A program made the translations under genes and the position numbers. Below are positions 41,811-54,638 of a stretch of 64,000 nucleotides of DNA, in pieces. Under the pieces are notes generated by a model, which ran no database searches, was not told the DNA's origin, and saw nothing but the letters and a program-made list of their open reading frames with translations. Origin of the DNA: Camelus dromedarius (lineage: Eukaryota). Position 1 is the first letter of the stretch. Each line of letters opens with the position of its first letter. The stretch covers positions 32,056,001 through 32,120,000 of the forward strand of contig NC_087444.1 in the NCBI RefSeq assembly GCF_036321535.1, given 5' to 3'.

Positions 41811-44201
41811 GTGTGGGTCTTTTCAGTCACTATAATGAGCAGTGCCAGCCAGCTGTTTTTTAATCTGAATGAATTTAAAGTTTTAACTCCAATTAAATTA
41901 AGGTCTAGTTTAAGAGTTAGGTTTAGCAGCATGTCTGTGGAATTGCCAGTGTTAAGGGTGAAGCAGCTAAATGTACTTGGGTGATTAAAAACCATCACAT
42001 AAATCCTAGGGCTTAATTTTTTTTTATTATAAAAGTCTTGTTTTATAAAAATTCAGATTGTACAAAGCTAAAAAAAAAAAAAAAAAATCCTGGGCCATGG
42101 TGAAAGATTTGGATTCTTTTATTGGGAAGCCCAGCCCATCTCTGTTCTGCTTCCCTTTGAAGCTGTTCCCATTGGCCTTGTTGAATGGAATTTCACCTTT
42201 TTTAGAACTTTGACTGAGGTACACCTCTAGCAGTTGGCATATAAAGCCCTGAATTAGAGATTTTTTTCAAACATGTTTTATCTTTCGAAGAATATTAGGT
42301 CTTAAAAATCAGGAGTCATAAATTTTTGTATCCTCTAAAGACAGTGGCACGCTGAGTTGAGTGCACAGTAAATATTTGTTGGCTCAATAACGCGGGCAGT
42401 AATTAAATATTCCTCACTCGTGATTAGAGTTTCATTCTGTGCTCTCTCCAGAGAAGTTCTAAACGCATGTTACTTGACACAAAAATGTTAACTGAGGCTC
42501 TCTTTGTTAAATTGACTTCTCAGTTAATGACCACGGACCAATAAATCTTTTGTTAGAGGGGGAAAAAAAAGAAAAGAAAAAATCCTACCCCCAGTCTTTT
42601 CAACCCTCCATTGCACCAATCCTTCACGATTAACAGCTTCCAGTGATTGTTTCCAGGCATTTTCTCTGCACCTATAAGCATGTGTGTTTTTCTTTTTAAT
42701 GTAATGCCCTCATCACGGGATTCTGAAATAGACCTTTTATCACTGAAGAGTCTATGAATTCCTATATTTATCTCATTTTAACACTCATTTCCTCCTTAAA
42801 ATACTCCAGAGACACTAGGATCATTCAGTAACAGAACCTTTTTAGGAACCCAGGGTGGCCCAGGATGGGGATTTTTGTCTCCCACTACTGGTGTTCAAGT
42901 GTAACAGGAATTTTATCAGGTCAGTGTATCCTGGATTCCTTGGGTTCCAGTGATCATTAGGTACCACCTGACCTTGTCTAGATGATTATACTTTCAGTAA
43001 GAGAGAGTTTTGCTAACTGTGTGCTGGGGACTCAGGTTGGCAATCAGTCACTCTTCCTGGCAAAATGAACAGTTCTGAAATTAACTGCTTTTCCTTCTTC
43101 CTGGGAAAGGGTTAGTTCTAAGGGCAGTAGAAAATAAGTATGAGTAATTCCTAATTGGGTTATTAGTAATTTTTTTTTTCTGTTTTCATTGGAATTTGAG
43201 GAAATAATTGTGTAAATAGTTTGTAGATCAAGAATAAAATGAACAGGAAGTTCAGGTATCTTTAGCAGTACTGTAAGCATTTTTTGCTACGTATCTCTAC
43301 TAGCCTGATGAGTCATCTGGATCCCCTCTTATAGTAATAAACACGATTGTCAAGATAGCAAGTAATTTTTTAGGTTGTGAAAAATTAATATATGTGCTTC
43401 TGTAATGGGCTTTAAAATAACAAGATGCTTTTGAAATAGGTGAGTTAAGTTTTTTTTTTTTAAGAAATCAGTGTGAAGGCTGTATACGCTCACAAGCCGC
43501 TTGTTCATCCATGTTACAGTAGGCGGCACTGCCTTACAGGCAGTCAAAAATTTTCATTTGAGTTGTACAGCTTGACAAAATTACAAATACAAATAACTGA
43601 CCTCTAATAGTACTGGAAAGCAGCTAGATGTCTGGGTTACTAGTACAAGAACACATGGCTTCCCCATTTGGTGGCAAACAACCAGGTGCAAAGTTACCCA
43701 TTAGTTGATCAGACAAATCATAAGAACATCTGTAGATAGGGTAACTGTGATCATGTGCATTCTAACAGCAGGTCTAAAAAATACAATTTTGAAGTAGTGA
43801 TGAGAGAAGTGATAATTGGCGGTATCTGTAAACTTTAATGTTGGTGACAGAGTCACAGATAATGATCATATAGTTTATTATCTGTATTTTTAGTTGGAAG
43901 GAAACACCAAAGTTTTACTTTGTTATATAACAGCTTCACTTACTGTAAAAAAAAATACTTCATTAACTCAAGAAGCAATATAAGCCTCTTTTTGTTGGTA
44001 AAACTTGCTTCAGACTGGCTTGCTTTTTGGAATGTTGGGTCTTTTTCATTTCATATCCCCAGAAACTGTAGCAATATTTACAGCCTAATATACTAAACAG
44101 CCTACCTACTAAAAAGTGGTTTGTCTCCCTGAGAATAATCAGGTTTGGGTGCGGAGAATTATCACAAGCAGACATTTTCCCTCCTAACTTTCTCCTTGCA
44201 G

Positions 44202-44297
44202 ATAGCTGATCTGGCCAATGAAGACACTCCACAGCTGTATGTGGCCTGTGGTAGGGGACCCCGGTCATCTCTGAGAGTCTTAAGGCATGGACTTGAG
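44202..44297 (+). CDS. SF3B3: SF3B3 exon 10
   Basis: IADLANEDTPQLYVACGRGPRSSLRVLRHGLE; 96 nt. Confidence 0.97.
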
Positions 44298-45029
44298 GTA
44301 AGATTGAAATTTCTAGATCATCTGCAGAGTTCGGAGGGAAGCATTGATAACGCAACCTTTGGCTTTATTCTGATGAGATTAAAAATGTATTTAATGTTTC
44401 TGTGAAACAATGTTTTCTTCCTCCCTTATTTCCATACAGTTTAGAGTGTACATTTCCTATTCTTATCATGTTGGCACAGTGGGCATATTTGAAAAATTTG
44501 GCAAATGGAGATAAAAGGGGAAAAACACCTTTATTAGTTCTAGGTTCATGGCAATTTCATTAGGAAATCTGCATGGCACGTTTTACTCCCTTTACTTTTA
44601 GGTCTTATTTCAAAGTTTTTAGATACTTATATTTTTAACTGTTAATACTGTGTATATATTTTTGTATCTTACTTAATTTATTCCTTATTACTGTGTACTC
44701 TAAAGTTATACTATTTTTAATGTTTTTGCAATAAACCTCCATAGTAGGTGGGTCGTAATTTATTTAATGAATCCTTTATTGTTGGACTTTCTGGGTGATA
44801 TGAACACCTAAAAAATATGGACAAAATTATCTTCTCAGATCCCATAACCTCTTCTCATCATGGTTCTAGTGTTGATGCCTTTTAGCAAGTGCCCTGGACT
44901 TGATTTTGTTAGGAGTGAAATAAAGCTTCCTGTGACAGTTTGCTTTTAGAGCTTGGGGTCGGCAAATTCCAGGCTCTTAGAGGCCTACTGCCTATTTTTG
45001 TTAATTTTTATTGGAACACTGGCAAGATG

Positions 45030-45225
45030 ACCTCAGTTTTGAATTCTGGCTCTACTACTACTAAATAGCTATCACTAAGCTTTTGTTTCCTCTTCTGTAA
45101 AATGGGCTTAATAACAGCACCTGCCTTAAAGGATTGTTGTGTGAATTAAATGAGAACGCATAGGAAGCAGTTACCAAGGTTTGGCATATGGTAACTGTTC
45201 AATATTCAATAAGTGTTAGCTATTG
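45030..45225. mobile_element. MIR SINE (approximate bounds)
   Basis: gtttcctcttctgtaaaatggg...ggattgttgtgtgaattaaatgaga. Confidence 0.7.
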
Positions 45226-46533
45226 ATATTGCTGTTCAAAAACATTTTAACTCTGCCAAAATGAATATTTTGGCATTCATCAGATCACCCAATTTTCAAT
45301 GATTCGAATGCAGTTGAGACCAGTAGTTCTTGATTAGTTACTGCTCATTGGATCCTGTTGAGTAGCTGATGAATGAAAGCAAGTACTCAACACAAAAAAT
45401 ACATACATGCATTTACAGAAAATTTTGTGTACGGTATAAAAGATAAAGGATTCAATTAAGAATCATTATTTTGGAGCCCCTGCCCCCTCTCACTTTTTCC
45501 TAATTCTATAAAAAAAAGTCTTTGTTATATATAAAAAATATTTTCAAATTCTTGAATATTGCTGTGTTCCTTTATGTCTGTTTGTTGAACCTTGTTGTCT
45601 AGCTAGATTATGGTCTCAGTTGAGCAGGGACACTGTCAGATACTACATTCAGTGTATAGACTGTAGTATACCTGACATTTACATTTTATTGATGATGAAG
45701 CTTTCTAGGGTTCTCCTGTACCATGATCAGGTACTCCTATTATTACATCAGTAAACCAGCGAAAGAGTAATACCTTTCACATATGTACTTGAGTTCTTCC
45801 TATAAAAGGTACAGTGTTTTAGGCTGCTTATTTTTTTTGTCTCTAGATCATTTAAGAAATATTCAATAAAATTTTTATTTTAGAATGGTTTTGGATTTAC
45901 AGAAGAATTACAAGGACAGTATAGGACAGTTCATGTGTAACCCACACCCAGTTTTCCCCTCTAGATCATTTGAGTTCTTGTTTAAGAACCAGTAGGACAT
46001 TCAGAGGATTCTTGACTCTGACCTTAAGGAGTGTAAAAATCTAGTAGGAAGGACAAAACAGTTCCTCAGATCACTTTTTATGTAAGTATCCTAAGAGGTG
46101 GTGATTGTGATTTCTGTAAGAGCTTATAGAAGGAAGAGGAGATGACTGCCAGCCAAGAGGATAAGGGAAGATTTTTCCTAAAGGATGTAACATTTGAATT
46201 GTTCTGTGAAGAGAGTTGGAATTTGGCCTTATGGGAGTGAGAGAAAGAAATGGGATGCTAACTTAAAAGGCCTGTTTCATTCCCACATGTTCACTTTTTT
46301 GTGTGGGTTTGGATGCAACAACTATCCTATTGCTGCTTGTTGAAGTCTTACAGGGATTGCTAATACCTCTTGCATTTTGGTTCTTACGTACTTTCTGACT
46401 GGATGGTTCCATTCTTTTAATTTAGTATATACAGTGTGATTCCTGCCATATTGGAACTGTATTAGCTTGTGTAGTTGTGAGCAAGGAGCTGAGTTTCATA
46501 CTCACTGGATATGTGGTTTGTCTCTTCTGTCAG

Positions 46534-46606
46534 GTATCAGAAATGGCTGTCTCAGAGCTACCTGGTAACCCCAATGCTGTCTGGACAGTGCGTCGGCACA
46601 TTGAAG
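46534..46606 (+). CDS. SF3B3: SF3B3 exon 11
   Basis: VSEMAVSELPGNPNAVWTVRRHIE-G|GTAAGC; 73 nt. Confidence 0.97.
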
Positions 46607-49600
46607 GTAAGCAGTCCTTTCCTAACAGTCGAAATGAGGGTCTGGGTGCCATTGACAATAGAAGGCTTAAGAAGCTGCATTCATAATACTTCTATATCAC
46701 TTCATCTAGCACCATATACTAGAATCTGGCCCAATACCATGTTTTTGAGGCTCTTGCAGTCAGGATGCCTTCAGTAACTATTTGTACACATGGATAATGG
46801 GTGTGTAGGGTGGCTGTTAATATTCAGTACCTATATACTTTAGTATCATAGATAGAGCTATTTCTGCCATGTGTCATGTTCTTTGACTATATCATCTTTA
46901 AGATATTATTTCCATCTGTAAGAGGTATGGTATAGAGGTGAAGTTTTTGCTGCTTCATTTTTCTTCAACCATGTTTTCTCTTGTGCTGAAATCACAGTGA
47001 ATTGAGGGTGTTATTCTATGTATTAAGAGATTTTGTAAAGCTTAGTCAGTCCTGCTCAGTGGATGAGTATGTGCTTAAGGAAAGCAGAGACTGATTGAAT
47101 GGAATCAGAATTTTAGAGTGAGTGGAAAAGAAGGGATGGAGGAAAGAGGAAATCTGAGTTCCTGAATACAAATGGTCACCTCATCCTAAAAATTTGAAAG
47201 TTATGTGAAAATGAGTAGTAGTGCAACAACAGGAAAGTCTTGTGACAACTGAATTTCAGTCCCTTAGAAATAAAATTCAATTCTCATTTTCTGTTTAATT
47301 CTTTGGGGTTGTAGGTCATTTCTACTCCTAGACTTTATTTTTCTCTTATTCCCTCAGGAATGTGGGACTGGCCAGTATACAAAGCTTTTTCAAGAAAGCA
47401 GCTGGAAATCTTTCTGATATTTAGATGTTTTGGTTGTATGGAACAAATTAAGGGAGTTAGGAAATGTGTAGGAGGGAAACCTATTAGTAGAATACACATT
47501 TTCATGGATTTTGTTTTCATGTAGGGATTGGAATCCAATCTGAGTTCAATAAAAAGAAAAAAGTGAATAGGAAATTAGTTTCGTTTAAGCTGAGAAGAAG
47601 ATAATTATTAGATGCTTGGTTTTGAAAGATTTCCCCATTTTGCATAATGTCTTCATAAAGAAACTGGTCAGTGTTGATGTTCACGTTTGGCTTGGTGGCT
47701 GGTTGGTTGATAGTAAGGGTCTTGAAAACTTTGCTTAAACTGAAGTAGAAAGAACCTTTGAGATAAAACCTAATGTGTTCCTCTTTTTTGTTTGTTTTTA
47801 ATTATTAAACTTTATTGTAAAATAGATTTGTATTTGAAGAAAAGTTACCCCTCATTTTTACGAAGAAGGCAGAAAATCACAGGGGTTGACTGTCCCAAGA
47901 TAGCACACCTAGGTGATAGAGACTGAAAGCCCTGTCTCCTGAATCCCCATCCACTGCTCCTTTGACTAACCTTGCAATGGGAGTCTGGGTCCTGCTGGTG
48001 TTCTTGGATAAGTTTAGTATTCTTCAGCCTGCTGTCTTTCAAGTGTCTACCTTGTACTCAGAGTAATTAAGATAGGATCCCCACTGTTAAGAGTACTTGC
48101 CATCTAAAAAAGAAGACAAGTATACAAAACTTTTGTGTGTTCTGATGTGATGAGAGGCATGTTGCCAGGAAGGGTTAGAGAAGAGGGAACAGACGTGTTT
48201 AAGAACCAGGAAAGGGTTTTGGGATGATGTTTGATAAGTTAGTGATAAGCAGTATGTTGCATGATGGAATTTGTAGCTGAAAAGTTTTCTCCTCTAAATA
48301 CCAAAATCTAGGGAATAATTACAACCTGATAAGTTTTACTCTTTAGAAACTATAATTTGGGCAGTCATCCACAAAACCAGGTCAGGTTCTTTCTCTTTAT
48401 TCTCTTTTCAGATACCCTAAGTTACTGTTGAGTGAACATTCCACATGTCCACACATGCTGCAGTCTTCCAGGCAACTACTAACTTTGGCTGGTACTTGGT
48501 GATGCACACTACCAATACCAAGCCTTTTTTTCTCTTCCACAGGTGGCTGTGAAGGTGCTGATCACCACAGGTGTGTACCTATTGCCAGGGTCTACCATGG
48601 GGTCTTAGAGTTTACCCAGGGAGAGGGAACTGCACAAAATATTGAGGCTGCCCTGATAACATCTCTCAGAGGGTAACTTTGCAGTTGGCTGTCCATGTGC
48701 ACTAGGTGCACACCCATCTTTGAGTAGTCTGAGGCAGGAATCAGCTTCTCTTACTTTCTCCCACAGGATGTGAAACATAATCAGTTTGTCTTTCATTACT
48801 TCGAAAGAGCTGTAGCTAGAAAACCTTAACTTTATACTCCCTTGGAGTTTCTGTATGTTCCAGGTTTAGTGACTGAAAGATTAGGCCCTGGAGAAAGTCC
48901 CCCTTTTTCTCTTTTTCTTTTGAGTATAATCAGGACTGTGCTGAGGCAAGACAAGGACTGAGTAGTCTGAATATAAAGTGAAAATGAGATATTGGAGGCC
49001 TAAATTATCTGGATGATCACTCCCTTTACCATTTGGAGTGGGCTGTTTGTTGAGTTTGAGATACTAAGGTAGTGGAAAGAGAATAAAGCATTCCCTCTTC
49101 TGTGGGCTGCTTACACATTGCTCAGACAGATGGAAGTCCTGTTTAACAGACAAAGATATATCCTCATACACTGATAGATTCTTCACTGAGGTATGAACTC
49201 ATGTTCTTTTAGATGAAACTTGCAGCCTCTGGAAGAAGACAACATAGATACTCATAGTTCACAGTCCATCGAGCATCTTTATTTTTATGAGCAATTTGGG
49301 ACCTTGGGTCAAAGAGAAGATAAGGAACTTAAGCAGCCCTTTTCCTCATTCCCCCCATTCTCTACATACAAGTTTAAAATGTATGATTTTGGTTTTTTTT
49401 TTTTTTTTTTTCCTGGATGCCCTCCTTTCCCCTTAACTGCAAGAAGAGGCCAGAATCTTGGCCAGTTAGAGCCCTTTGTTGTTTGGCTTTAATTTGCTTT
49501 GGCAGAGCTTTTTAAGATACTAGGTTTCAGTGTTGAGAATGTGGGAAAGGACACAATATTCATATAACGTTAAAATTAAGCAATTCCTGTTGTTTTTACA

Positions 49601-50309
49601 CACCAAAAATTTCCAGTTCAAAAACTTAGGGCTGGAGTAAAGCTTATAAGTTTGTTGTTGTGTGAAGACTGATGTTGGGTTTTTGTTGTAAGTTATTAAG
49701 ATACCATTTTGGGGATAACCATATCTGTACTCAATATTTTATGGTGGTGAACAGTGTGGTCTTAAAAAGCCATTTTATAAGGTGTCCCCAGGGTATGTGA
49801 TACATGTTGACACTTATAACAAAATAATCTAAAATCAACTGTTTGTCTAGTGTTACTTCTTCTAATTTGGAAATTGAACCCTTACTCTGGATTCCTGGTG
49901 TAGCCATTAGATTACAACCATCGGGAAAGATCTTTGATCCTTAACTTTTTCAGCCACCCAGTTGATATACACAGATATTATTAACTGAAGCAAAAGTTTT
50001 GCAAAACAGTACTTACCTTTACTATGTGTGAAGCACTATCATAAATTACATTTATTTCTATATTTCTATTTTAAAATGCTGATTGAAATCCACCAAGTTG
50101 ATTTTATGTTCTGCTAATAGGTCAGAATGCTAATATAGGTTATACCAGTATTAATACATTTTCATCTGGCCCTTTTTGCTGTGAAGAACACTGATTCTAT
50201 TGAAAATGACAAGTAATCTTAGTTCAGTTGAACCACCTTTGGAGCAATCAAAATTCAAACTATGTCCTTGATGTGGGTGAGATGGATCAGACCTATGGCA
50301 CTGAGCTCT

Positions 50310-51678
50310 GATAATAATCAAAACAGCATGGTATTGGCATAGAAACAGACATGAATCAACAGAATAGAATAGAGAGCCCAGAAATAAACCCACAGATTTA
50401 TGGTCAATTAATCTTAGACAAAGAGGCAAGAATATACAATGGAGAAAAGATAGTCTCTTCGGCAAGTGGTGTTGGGAGAACTGGACAGCCACGTGTAAAT
50501 TAGTGAAGTTAGAACACTCCCCTCACGTCATACACAAAAATAAACTCAGAATGGCTTCAGGACTTTGTTTAAGACAAGACACTATAAACCTCTTAGAAGG
50601 AAGACATAGGCAAAACATTTAATGACATAAATCTTAGCAATGTTCTCCTAGGGTAGTCTACTCAAGCAATAGAAGTAAAAGCAAAAATAAACAAATAGGC
50701 CCTAATTAAACTTAAAAGCTTTTGCACAACAAAGGAAACCATAAGCAAAACAAAACAACAACCTGTGGAAAGGGAGAAAATATTTGCAAATGATGTAACT
50801 GACAAGGGCTTAATTTCCAGAATGTATAAACAGATCATACAACTTAATAACAAAAAAAACCAAACAACCCAATCCAAAAATGGGCAGAAGACTAAACAGA
50901 TAATTCTCCAGTGAAGACATACAAATGGCCAGTATGCACATGAAAAAATACTCAATATTGCTGATGAACAATCAGGGGGATCCTCCACTGTTGGTGGGAA
51001 TGTAGTCTGGTGCAGCCATTATGGCAAAAAGTATTGAAGATTTCTCAAAAAACTAAAAATAGACTTATCATATGATCCAGCAATCCCACTCGTGGGCATA
51101 TATCTTGAGGGAACTCTAATTTGAAAAGATACATGTTCTCCAGTGTTTATAGCAGCACTGTATACAATAGCCAAGACGTGGAAACAACCTAAATGTCCAT
51201 CGACATATGACTGGTTAAAGAAGCTGTTATGTTTATACAATGGAATACTACTCAGCCATTAAAAAAATAACATGGATGGACCTGGAGATAATCATTCTAA
51301 GTGAAGTAAGCCAGAAAGTGCAAGAAAAATGCTATATGATATCACTTGTATGTGGAATTAAAAAAAAAAGACAAATGAGCTTATCTACAAAACAGAAACA
51401 GACTCACAGAGTAAACAAACTTATGGTTACCAGGGGGCAAGGGGGTGGGAAGGGATAAATTGGGAGTTCAAAATTTGCAGATACTAACTACTATATATAA
51501 AATAGATAGACAACAAGTTTTTTCTGTATAGCACAGGGAATTATATTCAATTTCATAGTAACTTATGGTGAAGAAGAATATGAAAACGAATATATATATG
51601 TATATGTATGACAAACATGCTATACACCAGAAATTGACACATTGTAAACTGACTATACTTCAGTTTAAAGAAAAGAAA
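50310..51678 (+). mobile_element. 5'-truncated L1 (ORF2 3' part and 3'UTR), disrupted
   Basis: atcaaaacagcatggtattggcat...agagcccagaaataaaccc...atggaatactactcagccat...tgtaaactgactatacttca plus A-rich tail; flanked by a 60-bp direct repeat. Confidence 0.92.
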
Positions 51679-52918
51679 TCTTGTTCATCTGGCTGGCAAA
51701 ACTTTGAAAATAAAGAATGGTCCAAGTATATCATTCTTAAGAAAAGTTTATCACTAGATATGGTACTAAAAAATAAAAATGCTCCAAAAAAAAATCCAAA
51801 CTATGTCCTTGATGTGGGTAGGATGGATCAGACCTATGGCATTGAGCTCTAACAAGGGCTTAGGCTAGCAGGGTCTTTTAGCAACTTCTGCTAAGAGTGA
51901 GGTAGCCACTCCAATTTTAGTACCTTGTCTACTTGTCATTCTGTCCCATGTTTGCCTGATTTCTGTGTGAAGGGGACAGAAAGAGGGGAATTGATACAGA
52001 AAATTCAAATGTTAAGTAGGAAAATCTTAATTCTTTTTTAAAAAGCAAATATACCTTTATTTAGCATTTATCAAGCTTTATGCCAAACATCGTGCTGGAT
52101 ATGAGACACAGAAGCTGTTTTGTGCTGTAGGGTGGAATGTATGAGAAATAGATTAACTGGGATCTGCATGAGAAACTTTGGGGATTGCCTATATGACCTC
52201 CTTGAGAAACTCATTGGTGTTTGTTATCCAAATACATTTTATTAAATAAAAAGCAAATCCTCATGACCACTGAATAGTTACATTTTTAAATGTGAAAAAC
52301 TAGAGAGGTCAAAGGGCTGACAACATCAACTACCTCATCCCTTTCATGGTTATACAATATTTATACATCACTCCTATTGGGACATCTTGGGAATCTCAGT
52401 TTCCAACCCTAGAAAGACTTAGTCTCATGGAGGCTTAATCTCTGTTTTGTTCGTTAGGTCTTGTGTTCCCCCATAAGCTTCTTTTGGAAGAAGATGGAGA
52501 CCTTTCTTGGTAATAGGGAGTATCTTTCAAGAATGGATTGTGATTAGCATCTCGCATGAATAAACAGGCTCTAGCTTCAATATGTACAAATATTGTAGTA
52601 TTCAAAATTTCCTCTTGCTTTGTCCTCTTGCATTTTTCTAGCAAATGTCTCAAGAAAATATTAGCTTGCAGAGGTATTAGATATGGGCATGTCTAATCTA
52701 TGTACTGTTTAGCCATTTAAGGAAGTATGTCTGTAGGCTATTACGACCCTCAATTACCTTTTGGATCATCCTATGCTGTTTTCCACATGATTGTGTGTCT
52801 GATGACTACACATAGAAGAGCCTTCGAAGGTTTCTGAAGAGAAAACTTAGTGTGTCTCATTTGGCTTTGTAACTAATGAGTTCTTAGCTAACCAACTTCT
52901 TTCTTTTTCCTTTTTCAG

Positions 52919-53070
52919 ATGAGTTTGATGCCTACATTATTGTGTCTTTCGTGAATGCCACACTGGTGTTGTCCATCGGAGAGACTGTGGAGGAAGTGAC
53001 TGACTCTGGGTTTCTGGGCACTACCCCAACCTTGTCCTGCTCCTTGTTAGGAGATGATGCCTTGGTACAG
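52919..53070 (+). CDS. SF3B3: SF3B3 exon 12
   Basis: (D)[50 protein letters not shown]; 152 nt. Confidence 0.97.
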
Positions 53071-53372
53071 GTGAGGATTCTCAGAGAGCTGCTTAACTGC
53101 TCACCTTTGTCCTTTTTTTGATCTCATTATGGTATAGGCTGTTGGGTTCACATAAAGCTGGATGCTACAAACTTCTTTGATGTGGATGTTGCAAAATATG
53201 AACTTTTCTGAAGTTAACTCTGACTGGGCCCTCTTAACTCTTTTTTTCGTTGACCCAGCTGGTACGTCAAATGCAGTGCCTCTAGATCTGACAGGTCTGA
53301 TAGGTGTCAGGGTCATGCTTGAGTGATAAGTCAAATTGCTAAAGTCAGGTTTCTTTCTGTTACTGCCTCTAG

Positions 53373-53528
53373 GTGTATCCTGATGGCATTCGGCACATAC
53401 GAGCAGACAAGAGAGTCAATGAGTGGAAGACTCCTGGAAAGAAAACAATTGTGAAATGTGCAGTGAACCAGCGACAAGTGGTGATAGCCCTAACAGGAGG
53501 AGAGCTGGTCTATTTTGAGATGGATCCC
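53373..53528 (+). CDS. SF3B3: SF3B3 exon 13
   Basis: [24 protein letters not shown]...LVYFEMDP; 156 nt. Confidence 0.97.
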
Positions 53529-54282
53529 GTATGTTATTTTACCCTTTACTGTGGGACTTACAGTAGGGTTCAGAGGTGAAGATAGGAGTTGCAATCCAGA
53601 TATCTAGATTAAATATTCACAAGAAAGAGAATTGAGGAGGGAAAGAGTCCAAAAGCCCTTTTCATGGGGGTTGAAGGTGGATATGTTTTCATGTCTTTAA
53701 TTCTAATTTGAGTTAGTAAATCCCATCTTAGCAATGAAACACTTTTTTCTGCCCTTCACACTCGTACTTTCTACCAACTATTTGCCATACATTTAATCTA
53801 CGATCTGAGTCAATTTCGGAAATTTTATTTTACATTTATATATAGAAGGATGTTAGGTATACTTAATTTAAATGGTCTCAGGATGTCTCTGGATATGGCC
53901 AACTGTATAGTCTAACTACGTATGATTGAGTTTTTTTTTTGTCCTTATTTGAATTCTCTTTCACCCAGAATATTTTCATGAACAAATAAACAGTTTTATA
54001 TATTTCCATTTCCTGAGAGCTAGATTGGCTTAGGAAATTTGTGGTGCATTATATTGCCAAAGGTCTCTTGATTCTCTTGTCAGTAATTTTGCTTGCTGTT
54101 TGCAAAATACTGTAGAGTTTAGTCTTGGAACCTCAAGTAGAGAAATTCTTAGTCATTGATTATAGTAAGAAGAGTGAGAGGAAGCCAAAAGGAACTTAAC
54201 AAGCCCCCTTTTCTTCCCCAGGTTCAGGGCTTGGGGGTGAGTTGGAGTGGCTTGTGACCTTTTTTCATCTCCATTCCTGTAG

Positions 54283-54438
54283 TCAGGACAGCTGAACGAG
54301 TACACAGAGCGGAAGGAAATGTCAGCAGATGTGGTGTGCATGAGTCTGGCCAATGTGCCCCCTGGAGAGCAGCGGTCTCGCTTCCTGGCTGTGGGGCTGG
54401 TGGACAACACTGTCAGAATCATCTCCCTGGATCCCTCG
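54283..54438 (+). CDS. SF3B3: SF3B3 exon 14
   Basis: [52 protein letters not shown]; 156 nt. Confidence 0.97.
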
Positions 54439-54638
54439 GTGAGTGTCACTCTTGACTTCAAGGATCTTCCAGTTATTGGAACCTGAGCACCTGGTCCTTT
54501 CCTGATGTTATTCTCTGAGATCAGCTGGACTGGACCCTGAAATCTATACCTTTTCCTTCTCCTGATTATTGTAGCATCACACCCCAGAAGTCTTCTACAG
54601 TGCTTGAGAGATGCAGATCTAAGACTACTAAATTCGGA

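Noticed and set aside
43797..43870. GTGATGA C-box-like motif suggesting a third snoRNA
   Set aside because: No CTGA D box at a suitable distance and no terminal stem.
50151..51852. Cluster of ORFs on both strands
   Set aside because: Fragments and antisense frames of a disrupted L1; not an intact ORF2 or a host gene.
53375..53382. GTATCCTG resembling a U12-type 5' splice site
   Set aside because: It is inside coding exon 13. All mapped donors are U2-type, so there is no evidence for a minor intron.
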